A DNA stretch of 64,000 bases from Klebsormidium nitens (lineage: Eukaryota > Plantae > Klebsormidiophyceae), in NCBI GenBank assembly GCA_000708835.1, contig DF237210.1, positions 56,703 through 120,702 on the forward strand, read 5' to 3'. The notes below the pieces were generated by a model. The model was not told the origin of the DNA. It saw nothing but the letters and a program-made list of their open reading frames with translations, and did not search any database. Numbering within the stretch: position 1 is the first letter of the stretch; each line of letters begins with the position of its first letter. Positions 1 through 12,000 of the stretch are shown piece after piece. The position numbers and the translations under genes are program-made.

Positions 1-703
1 ATTACCGTGTGATTGTTCGAGGGCCTGCCTGTCCTGTGGTCAAGCCAGTGTTTGCACATGTCTCTGCCTCCGTTTGCCTGTTTCATTGAGGCCATAAAAT
101 TGTTTACTGGTCATGTACTTGCTCCAGATTCGCAGCCATGCACCAGGATTTTGAAAGACTGTATATTACATATGGAATTGAATTTTCCATGTCGCATATA
201 TTAGAGTATAGGTATATCAGAATGCTCTGCAATCGGCACTAATGTTCGTATATCATGTGCACCGTATGTACGTGTCTATATATATATATAGCTGCCGGTG
301 TTTCTAGACTGTTCAATCCGTTATAGATAGGCCGGTAGTGTAGTGTATTGTGTATATGGCGCCACGCGCCGGGCCCTCACATGAGATTGCCATGCAACGA
401 ACTGGCTTGCGACATGGACATTGCACACAATCAACTCGATCATTACAGCGCAATAATGTAGAGCTGCGAACATTTGGAGTTTTGAATTGGTGGCATAAAA
501 GCGCGATATCGATGTGCATACAACATTACAATGGGAGTCATGTCATGTAGCGCCATCAGTGGTTGCAAAGCGCGGATGTTATGATCTGGCTGCACCCGGT
601 CTTGCATGCATGGTAAAAATAACACCCTAAGCAGCGTATCAGCAATGCCAAACATGACAAGCATGTAAGTAGAGAGATCTAGAAAGGTAGAAGCGAGGAC
701 TCA

Positions 704-3700
704 TCAACTCTTGGCTGCATATGTTCGTACAAAGTCCAATGCTTGCGTAAGCAGCTGCTCTGGAGATATCACAAAATCACCCGTGTCCAACGTCAGTTTT
801 GGGTTAAGGCCAACGTCATAGTTCCAACAGCCTTGGTACCTGCAACGAATCGCATGGTTATGTAGCATTACCCGACTCGGAACCAGAACGTCGCTTGCTG
901 AACCCCGTCCATGTCATGCGTCGGGCGGGTCGAGAGTCAAATTTTCAGGAAGCCGCTTTGTCTGATCCGCAACCCTTCCAAAAGATGCTGGGATCTGTGC
1001 AATCACGAGGCACTTAGAAGAGGTGGCTCCATCTATGTTCCAAGGTTCTTGGATCACTAAACCGACAAGGCCTTCAACATAGCAACAAGATTTGGACGAA
1101 GCACTCCTCGAGCCCACATACCACGCCAAATGATTTTTCCCTCAGCATAACACCTTCGAACATCCGAGCCACTTATCGCAAAACTAAAACGACACGGAAA
1201 CATAGCTGAATGACACCAACCTGCTCATCAACACTTCGATGTCTGCCCAAGTTGACGGCTTGTGCCAACCCGAAGAGGACGCTGACTGGGCCGCCGCAGC
1301 GGCTCTTCTCTCTACTCTTTCTTTCCAGACCTCTGCAGAAACACAGCAAGCTTCTTCTCGGACTTCGTCGGCCATTTGCCATCCTTGATGAAAGGCTTCA
1401 GAACCATCGTCGAAATTTCTAATTCTAGTTTCACATGGATACAACTCCGCCCATGGGAGTAGGAAGAAGCGAGCAGGAAGAAGCGCAGGGCAGAAAAATA
1501 TCTACTGAGTTTGAGTACGGGAAACGAGAAATCGTCGGGGAGAGGATTGGGGACAATCTCTCAAGAGATTCGCCTTAAGAAACCGTACATCAACAAAATC
1601 AGCGGCCTGAGACGCCCGGATAACAATTGTGATGATGCGAATTTTAGAGCACGGCTTGAGGAACGAATGGAGCTGACTTGTTTGAAACGTGACACTCAAC
1701 AAGCTTTCTCAGCCCGAGTCAGCTCGACGCGTGGAGTGGCCTCTCTTGCCGCCTTCGATTCAACGTTTTAACGATTCGGAATGGTCATTTTGAGTGGTGA
1801 CTGAATGGGAATACCATTTGCACGTTGATGCAGGTTGACCGGAAGCCTGTCCGTTCGAAACCAGCCAATCGTTCGACAGATGAAGTTGGCCACTCCTCGT
1901 TCTACGTGGTACATAACTACAGACGATTTTCAAGGGCCCGGCGATTACAAGGAAGGAGCCGAACCGTTGACTGTGACCCAAGAATGACAAGTGTAAACCC
2001 ACCTTCTTTGGATGGCGCGCATTCGATGACGAGAATCCTGGCCCCAGTGGCGGCAGCACTCTGCAGAAGTGGAGCAGGACTTTGATTGCTGTCGTGTGTG
2101 AAATCCTCTGATTTGTTATCGCCCCCATTTTCAAAAACATTACTCGCCCCACGCTCCAACGTGGTTACGCTTTCCAGAACGACTCCGCCCTCCAATTGTG
2201 AGCCGACGCAAGCGTACGGCACAGTTGGTCAAAGGTGGTGGCTCGAGTCAGGGTCGTTTCTCATGTGCTACGCAATCTGTTGGGACAACTCTGAAGCGCA
2301 GAACCCATCATTCAAAAGCCTTATTATGATTACCGACTTGGGCCCCGTTGGATTGATGTGCCCTTTCGTTCTGTGGCTGAGTTCTCTACTCCAACAAATG
2401 TACTCTGGTTTGAGCAAGGTTCGATTGAAGCCTGCAGTACCCTTCAGCTTACCTGCTCGGCCTCCTGAAATCGTTGTAACGAGGAGAGGGGAGAGTCGAC
2501 GATCACAGTGAGACCCAGGCTAAGCTGCAAGAGAAGGTCCAGAAGCAATCAGGACTGGCCAGTGGATGAAAGTCACATGATCAAATGCTTCCGGAAGGAC
2601 TTGTTTCATTTGGGGGCTGAACTGACAATGCCCTAGCAGCGCTCGCCTGCAAGGCCGGTGGTTACCAATCTCCACACCCAAATACTCATTCTGTGGCAGA
2701 GATCATAACCTGCGGCTCCGACAAGAGGGGCTCAAGGAAGAAAAACCATTTCTGGTCAACCATAGTATTTTGTCATCCGTCAAGCTGGTTCTCTGTATGA
2801 CCAGGGGCTTTCAGCTCAAACGTTCTTGAACGGGTCAGAAAAGTTGGCGAACGGACCCTCGCTGATAATGTGAACAGCCCAAGTGCAGTCTCACCACGCT
2901 TTCGAAAGTTCTGAAAGCATAAAGTTACAGGTCCCTTCAAGAGATCTGCCAACGACTTGCAAACCTCCATACCTGCCGCAGCTTGCAATTTCCCAAGTGG
3001 CACTCGCAGCTTTCTTATGGAAGTCTACGTCAATGAGAAGACACAGGTATGAGGGGCTCTCACTTGAGTGGCGGCTATCCTCCACATGACTTGGTAAGAG
3101 AGGTCGTTCAGAATGGTCGCAGGGATATCACCAGATCTTGGAGGGTTGCTGGTGCTGGAAGAGGCGTCTTCCAATGCTTCCAAGTGCATTGTGCAGTCCC
3201 GTACATCGTCCTGTACGCATAAGACGCAGATTTGTGGGTCTGTAGGACCGAGTAAGCCATCAATTGATAGAGATAAACTTAAATCGTAACAAGGAACTTA
3301 AGGTACAGGAGGACAGGTGCGGTTAGTTTGGTGGCTAGGGTGGGTTCGGGTGCGGAGCAAGTCAATTTGTCCTTCGAGTTTTAGTGTTGGTCAAACCAAA
3401 GTACTCAGTACTTTCAATACTTAAGATCCTTATTACTCTTGATTCTTAAGGTCATATTAATTGGAGGTATCGCAATTGCGGATCCTCAGGCGGCATTTGA
3501 CAGCTTGCTTGATACCAAAACCCGTCTTTCCTTCCTAACTTGTTGACTGAAACTTGATCTGGTGCCCCAGCTAGACACCAGAACTTTAATGCGCAAGTTT
3601 TGGTGTACAAGCACGCAAGTTGGTGAGCGGAATGGACAAGGTAGGCGTACTGACCTTGTCGATCAGGGGGCAGCACAGTGCGCGCGCAAGGGCTCTAGCC

Positions 3701-4065
3701 AGCGTGCTCTTCCCTGCAATCTGCAGCGCAGATTTCAGGTCCATAATGGTCACAGTAACTTGAGGCTAGAGAAAGCTGAGTGACTGGATCTTTTGACACT
3801 TCAGCTTTGGAGGAAGAGAAGGGCAGGAAGATTATCATGTGGACTTTATACCACCACAGTGATCTTTCTCAAGAAGATTCCTGAGAAACAACTGGAATAA
3901 GGTGAGGTAGTCACCTGTACCAGGATGCCCTTTCATCAGCACCAGCAGGCAGTCTCCAGCCATATTGGTCTCTTTTGGACCTAGGGCCTCTGAATTGAAA
4001 GGTGGTGTGGCCAAAACATCTGCAGTACCAGCCTGCATCTCATCATTGGCCCTTGTTCCAACCAT
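704..4065 (-). CDS. AAA_33-family P-loop NTPase/kinase-like protein (plant type), 7 coding exons; N-terminus uncertain
   Basis: Manual splicing gives LLVLMKGHPGT|GKSTLARALARALCCPLIDK|DDVRDC...LNDLSYQVMWRIAATQ|LSLGLTVIVDSPL...|...ILVIECAPSKE|EVWKERVERR...GWHKPSTWADIE...|RYQGCWNYDVGLNPKLTLDTG...AAKS*. Walker A is split by an intron. All junctions are GT-AG with consistent phase. Stop at 704-706. The first in-frame ATG in the first clear exon is at 4065, but the start could be up- or downstream. Confidence 0.85.
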
Positions 4066-6058
4066 GATGGCACACGTACAGAGCCACTGGCCCGCCAATG
4101 GCAGGTTGTGAGTGAGCACAGAATACTTTAAAAGAGATTACACCGTGACTGGGATCGGCAGCTAGAACCAACACGAAATGGGGGATCCCTTGCCCTTCAA
4201 ATTGTGCAAGAGATCTGGCCGCCACCTCTCCTGTTGAAGCTGACGCTTGAGCTGCATCTCTAATAGATAGTCACTCAACACAGCCTCCACAAGAAGAGCT
4301 AAGCAGGAAGGAAATTCACCTGCATTGAGCGCTCGCTAGGCTTCCATGGCGCACGGCCCAGCCGCGCATAAGTTGGGCGGCCGCCGGCGGCGGCGGCCCG
4401 GCCCGGGGGCTGCGCGCGCTGCAGTCAGAATGCGATTGTAAAAATCGATGGTTCAAACTTGTTCCAATCTTATCGACGGTGTCGCGGGTCCGTCATGACG
4501 TATCCAGCTGAACACTCAGCTTCTTGCCACGTCATTGCAAGCCAGCGACCGTCGATGAAACCGGATCTCAAAGACCAACGGGTGGGAGTCGTCTATTTTC
4601 AGCACATTTCTCCCGGCAAAGTCGCCATGTCAAACCGAGGCCCGGGCTCTCGAATCGTGGGGCGATAAGGTCCGGGTTACTTCCACCGGGCTTCGAGCTG
4701 ATTTGGCGCGCTAAAATAACGGAACCTGCTATTTTTCGCCCCAAAGTTCGAAATCGACAGATCATTTGTGATGAGCTACGACAGCCTACGAGCACCACAG
4801 CCAGAGTCGGCTTCTAGCGCTGCACCTAGAATGCATGGTGACCGTGGCCAGGGTCGCTTTCACAGGAGCAAAACGCAGGGTTTCTTGCACAATCCAGCTC
4901 CAGCCTCCAGCTGACAGTGAGAGTTTTGTTGGGACTTCGGCATTGTTTAGCCGCCACCGTGGATGTTAGAGAGAACTCTGGGTTTCAGAGCGCAAACAGT
5001 GGTGCAGCTACACGCACGCACTTGAGATCGTTTGAAGGGTTTTGCCAACAGTGCTGCAACATAAGGTGAGCTGATATTTTCATCAGTTTATCTATGGGTA
5101 TCAAACCGACTAACTTCCGTCGAAATGGGCGACCGCACTGAGCTACGTTCTCAAGTCGCTGTCAAGTCTGCTCATTTAGTTCAGTGGTGATCAATGCCAT
5201 CTGGAAAGGTTGCTTGTCAGCTCAGCCCCTCATCTTCAGTCAAGCAAAGGTGGAATGGGGGTGAATGACAGGGGTCTCTTAGAATGACTTTCAAAGAGGA
5301 GCTCAACACAGTGTCGCTCAGATCAGTGGAACGACGGAGTTACAAGTATACCACCAGCACAGCACTTGATTGTCTTTCTAAAGGGCTTTGCAAAGCTTCT
5401 GCGGAACATGCTCAGATGGCTGTCGGGCCAGTACCTCTGATGAACACATGCCAGAACATTCAACAGGGTAGCCGCCGTCAAATCTTTTGCGATTCATTCG
5501 AAGGGAATAAAGACCTCTTACGAGTGCTTTCACTCTTTATTTCCCATTTACCTTATATTGCTAGTACTTTCAGTTGTTTCATGCACGTGAATGCACGACG
5601 GATGGAAAAGAGCAGAAGAGATCAGAAGCACCAGAGTAACGCAGTCTCGTCACCTGCATCGTTCCCCTTTGAACCATCGATGTGGATCACAAGGTTCTGG
5701 CCACATACGCCACCTTACAATCTGCTTTACAGACCCCTCCTTAGCCTCTTCCGACCAAAGATCGAAAAGGCACCTCATCGTTTCAATCCCTCTGTGTTGT
5801 GAAGCTGAATTACGACGCTGGTCACATCTGTCCCCAACTATTTCTCCCCCAGATGTTCCAGCAATTTGTAGCAAATCATCTGCCTCGCAAGGTGGCACGT
5901 CCTCCTTGGCTTTAATCTCTCGATCTCCCACTTGTTGGATTCTAGAACTCCAATCTTTACCCTCCTCTACGAACTTTTTCTGCAGTTTCTGACCCGCTGG
6001 CCCATTCAAAACCTTCAAGCAGGGCCTCCGCCGCTGCTTCCATCAAACCACGACAGGG

Positions 6059-9000
6059 ATGCAGGCCAAGCAGCAGGAATGGCCACCGGCCTGGCAACCC
6101 AAGGGGCTCGAGTCCGAGCCTCTAGTTCCCACACAGGGGGCTGAAATCAGAAAGGGCACAGGCGACAGGCAGAAAGCGCGGCACTGGGCCGAGTATCTTC
6201 CTTCCACAACCAGCCTCGACACTGACGGTGACCTTGACGATGGGGACTCGGTGAATGGGGAGCCTCCCCCGCCATCAATGAAACCGATAACCAAGCCGGC
6301 ACCGCAGCAGGTTTGAAGAGCGACGCTTTGTCACTTTCCGGCTTCTTTTGAGTGTTGTCCTCCTCCTTCTTTTCCTAACAGGAAGACTGATTGAGTTGCC
6401 AGGGATGATTCCACATGTCTAAGCTATTGTGGATTAGGACTTTCAAGACGGAAAAGCAATGCGGTCTGCGTGCGAATGTATACTGTCACCTACAGCGTGT
6501 CTGAGCCTCTAACACTTGAGAAGCCTGTGTCCACCAAGATTCGATGGAAGGCAGGCTTAAGCAAAGGATGTACTCCCATGATGAGCCCAAGCTGATTCCC
6601 AACAAGTTCTCCAAGCTGCTTGAAAGCACATCAATTAGAACTCTTATCAGCCCAGCCTTTGAGAAGGTGTATTTCCAATTCTCCTCTCTCAAATCGAGTT
6701 GTTTTTGCACCTGATAACAGCCAGGTGGCAAATGAAACCCCTTGTACAGCTGTGATTTGGTTAAGCATCAGACCTACGAAGCAGTGACTAATCCTCAAAG
6801 TGCGTCTCCTGTTACCGCAGGATGCGTCGTTGGTAAAGCGCCCTGCGGCCCTCGACCCAGCATCAGCGTTCGTGCAGGCGTTCCAGGTGTTGAGCGCAGA
6901 GGATCGGGCACGTGTTGCTGCGGCCTCAAGAACGCACTGTGTTGTTGAAAGCCGAAGGGAGTCGCTGCAGGTGAGGTTTCATACTGCCCCTGGGAAAGCC
7001 CCCGTAAAATCTGACAACAGGGGGTTTCGAGCAATGACCTTCATTCGTCTTCGATATGATGAGGTTTCACCAAGCTACCTGCGAAGTGTGTGGCTACCTT
7101 TTGATAGCATCTCGTGCCAAGTTCGTTCAGAGGGAATAATTCCTGCCTGGCGCATTGAGCTTCGTCTCCTGATCATGATGAACTGTCGACTTCGACCAGT
7201 CTTTCTGCAAGGGGCTCCTGTGTACCGTTGAGTAAGTCTGACATTAGTTTCTCAGAGGTGAGAGCAGACAGAAGCACCAAGGGCCGACAGGGACGACTGG
7301 ACATTCACCCAAACACTAAGCAGGTGTTATTAACACTGACTCCATTGAACTTAGACACTTACGAGCTTTGGTTAAGGTTTGCGTTTGCGATTTTCTAGGC
7401 GGGCGAGCAGAGGAGGGCACCAAAGGCGGCCGTCGAGATGGTGCCCGTTGAGGGAGCGACAATGCACTCGGACGCCAGCGCTGGGGACGTGGGAGCCGTC
7501 CGCCGGAGGCTCGAGGCCCGGGAGAACGTTGACGCTGTCAGCCACGAGTTGGTAAGACCCCCCTGAAAAGCCTTTTCTGGTTTTCCAAGTCTGTGTTATT
7601 GCAGAAGTCCCTCTAAGTTGGTACGAGTTTGCCAAGCCCCTCCCTTGAAAACCTGGTCCTTTTTCCTAAAACACACCCTGCAAAAACATCGGATGCTTAC
7701 TTCAATTGGAAGGACTCGCTTCGTGGCTGATGCCTGACAGTTCCTGGGAGAATTGTTTGTACGCAGATAGGATGCCGTGGCTGTGTGCACAGCATAGCAA
7801 TCAATCAAATAAGTTGACATCTAGGTGTGAAGCTGTCTGCTTGCATTTGATTCGGAATCGAACCAATCTGTCGTGTACTCTACTCACAAGCAAAAAAGAG
7901 CGGATGCGAACGTCTGCTCTTAAATCGAAGCCCTCTGTCTTTTCAGGGGGGCCAAACTGCCCTTCACGTTGCCAGCGGCCAGGGGCGGACTGCCACCGTT
8001 GACCTGCTCGTCAGAGCGGGAGCGCAGCTGGAGGTTCGAGACGACGTGAGTTGATGCACAGCAGCTAGCCCGTGGGGTGACGTCGTGGATTTTCTACGCT
8101 TGCGCATCGAGATTGCAAGTCGCTTATGTGTGTCGCTCAAGTGCAAGCCCATAACAGTTTGTTGTTGGACCTACATGAGCGCTAGCAAGGCTTCGAGAAA
8201 CATACTTCCACAAGAATGATCTTGAATATTTGCTTCAAGGAGGATAAAACTTGGTGAGCCTGTTCAGTAGACTGATAAGACGCAGGTCCTCTTCTGCTTG
8301 TATAACGGGCAAGTCCTCAAAATTCGTGGCCCATCTTTCTCATCACTCAGCGCTTTCCGTCGCAGGGTGGTTTGACGCCGCTCCACTTCGCCGCCTCTAA
8401 CGGGCAGACGGCAACCGTTGCTCTGCTCATCAAACTGGGAGCAGATAAGGAGGCCAGGACGGACGTAAGGCTCACTTTCTCCGCTCCTTCTCGAGAATCT
8501 GGATTTCGAAAACATAGCGCTCGTCATTCGCAGGATTTAATACTAGGGACTAGGGATTTGTCGAGCTTGCCGAGCCTAGGACGAAAACACTTTTCGCTGT
8601 CCCTGCTGTGTGCGTTCGACCGTCTGTGATCTGCGAAACCTTTTCAATGGGCTCGCGTACACGAGTTAGAAACGGCTTGGCCGTGTAATATGCTACTCCA
8701 GCTTTGCTGTTGGTCGTCGCAATCTGCACGAGCGAGAAACGCATTGGGTGAAACGTGACGTCACACCTGTTATGCTGCAGTTTTACCAGACGCCCCTCCA
8801 CGTGGCAGCCGGCCATGGGCGCTCCGCGACGGTCGACGTCCTTCTCAGGAACGGAGCCGACGTGAACTCGATCACTAACGTGAGTGCGCAAATCCGCTCT
8901 TCATGATTACCGGCACAATAATCTACCCAACTCTATCTCATGTGATTGCTGAGGAACGAGTGCTTCGGAGACAGAGCACTCCCTTTCCAAGCTTTCTAAA

Positions 9001-12000
9001 AGGCTTGTCAACATTACCTAGCGAACTTGATTGAGCCGACTGCTTCGAACGTGCTTTTTGAAGCGACCCACGTCCTTCCCCGCAAGCAGCCTGCTGATTG
9101 TTCCCCTCTAAGACTCCTGAACAGTTCAGCGGCATTTGAGTCTACTAAAAGTCTTGCCTTTTTCCTTTTCGGTATTCTGACAGAAGAAGATTCATTGTCC
9201 CTTCGTCGTCTTTTTTTAGCCTGCGCTCCGAACCTCCTCTTTGCTCGTCGATTCTAACTCCAATCATGGATACTGTTTTCTTTTTCCTACTCAATAAGGG
9301 ATTAGCACGGTCTTCCCTACTCTCCCCTGACAGTCTCGCTTCTCGCTTCGTCCCACTCCAGCCCCCCGCTTTGTACCTTGCGACCGCGCTGTGCTTCTTT
9401 GGTCAGCTCTCTTTACATTCAAATGATCACCAGCAGAATAGGTTCTTGTTCGAGACTAACAAACTCGCCTCTCTCCCCCCCCGAAAACTCCAACTGGGCC
9501 AGACCCCCCTGCACCTAACGGCCGCGCTGGGCCAAACGTCGACGGTGCAAATCCCACCTTTCTTCGATCCTTTGAGGAAGTATTCTCCGCTTTTCCAAGA
9601 CTGACAACCTCGCCTCCCCCCCCCCTAAAACCAGCTGGGCCAGACCCCCCTCCACCTGGCGGCCGCGCTGGGCCAGACGTCGACGGTGTCCATTCTGCTG
9701 CGGCACGGCGCGGACAAGGAGGCGCAGGACGACGGCGGGCTGACCGCGCTGCACGGCGCGTGCGAGAACGGGCGGGCGGCCACCGTGGACCTGCTGCTGC
9801 GGAGCGGGGCCGACAAGGAGGCGCGTGACAAGGTGCGGGGTTTAGGGTTCTAGGGTTGTAGAGATTTAGGGTTCTAAGGTTGTAGAGTTCTAGGGATTCT
9901 AGCGTGTGTGACCAGAGCAGTGGGGACCGACAAGGAGGCCCGCGACAAGGTACGGAAATGCAGAATTGCAGGGTTGTAGAATTTCAGGGGCTTTAGCGCG
10001 CGTGACCGGAGCAGTGGGGCTGACAAGGAGGCCCGCGACAAGGTGGAGGTTTTTAGGGCCATTCGGTTTTACAGTATGTGCGGCGTTCGAGCATCTGCTT
10101 TGATTAAAGGACTGACCTGACATTTTCTTCCTTTCAAAAAGTCGAGTGGTTGTGATTTTGGTACCGGCTGTCGTTGAAGTGGTGTCTCGGACCATGATGG
10201 AGACTCGTCCATGGTTGGAGAGAATGTTTCGCAACGTGCTCGTCTGCGGTTCCGCATCTGCTTTGTAGAAAAATGAATATGTACCTTTCCCGTCCGTTGA
10301 AGTCAGTTGAACGTGCGCAACAGTCATAAAGGTCCTCTTTTGACCCTTTGATAACATCAAACAGCTTTACCCCGTAGCTTCCGTCTCTCCGCCTTCAGAC
10401 TTGCTTCTCTGCAGCTCAATCGCACCCATTGTCCTGAAATCTGCATCTCGCTCGAGGCGCAGGTGTTGAGAAGCCAACGTCGAAGGCGAAACAGAATAAT
10501 TGAACGTCGAACGGGAAGCTATCAATTCCTGGATGTGAGAAGCGTTAGGACAGTTTCCCGTGAGTCTCCGCCTGATGTGGACGAAACTGGCTTCAATTTC
10601 GACTTCTCCATTTCTGTTTGCAGGGTGGTCAGACGCCGCTGCACATCGCGGCGGAGAACGGGCAGACGGGGACGGTGGAGTTGCTGTTGCAGCACGAGGC
10701 GGACATCGAAAGCAAGACGGACGTAAGCGTTTGCTCGCAGACGGACCGGTGTGCGGCTTTGCCTGACCCGTTCTGCTAAATGTCAACTGCGTTCCAACAG
10801 CCGGAGAACCCAGAGGTTGCTATCTTTATTTTGTTATTTATGTTGGTTCACAGCTTAGATGGGATCCTGCTTCGTATCCGAAAAGTCAGAGGTGTTCGAG
10901 AGCAGATCAAGAACTGGTCAATCTTCTCTTTCGTCAATCTAATTATCGCAGAGCGCGGTTCTTGATCCACATCTTTTCCACTTAATTAGACCAGAGCTAA
11001 ACAACCCCCACTCAGTACATTCTTCACCTCAGCAGAGACGGCCATGCTTAGAATTTGAGCACCTGCATCTCCAGGCGGATGCTACTGTCGGATTGACAGG
11101 ACCGCATACTCCCGAAACAAAGCGTGCACTCGCCTGCCTTTACTGCAGCGCCCCCCCACTCGGCGAAGGCTCTTCTCGTGGGGCCGAGAAATCGAAGCCT
11201 CGTCACGAGTCCTGTTCACCGCACCCCTCACAGTAAAGCCTCACGGCCCACTCACGTCCCCTCACTCACGACTGCTCTCACCAGTTTGTATTGGTTGCAT
11301 CAATCTCTTGGTTGAGCGAGGTTACAAGTGGGTTCTAGGGCTGTTAACCTTCCTTTTCTGGGCTGCTGTCACGGTACGTCAGCACATCACGCACTGCACG
11401 CTCCTCCCACGAGCACACTGCAGTCCACTCTTGCTGCCAAGTACGGCCCTGGTCTGTTGGCATTCCTCATTGAACCCAAGGGACATGAGAATAAGTGGAG
11501 ATAATAATACAGGTAACCGCACTGGGACGGGTAGGGTTAGTTTGGTGGTTAGGGGGTACGGGTGCAGAACAGGCATGTTTCTGGGTTAGGGGTTTTAGTG
11601 TTAGTCAGATCTTTTCATAATCTCGGCGTATTCTTAACTTTCTTGAGTTTTATGCAATCCTCGACCACAGTCTCGACGTTGGCCCTGACGTTCGTGCAGT
11701 GTCCAAGGACGACTTGATACTTCCGCACACCGCTGCGCTAGCCCCTCATCGCTGCCTTCTTACGTCACAGGCGGAGCGCACCCGCTGCTCCTATGCGATT
11801 TTCCGCCACTCCTTCACAGCTCATTCGTCGCATTCTTTCGGGTGCAGTACGCCCACACTCCGCTCCATGCCGCTGCCCGGAACGGCCGCACGGCAGTCGT
11901 CGAGCTCCTCCTGTTGAAAGGGGCTTGCAAGGATGCCACCACAAACGTGAGTGGTCTCAACCCGGTGAACGACGCTCTTGTTACTTATAACCAAAGCCCA

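Noticed and set aside
5284-6018. Overlapping 120-170 aa ORFs upstream of the ankyrin start
   Set aside because: No motifs, mixed-strand overlap and intron-like composition; probably 5' UTR intron.
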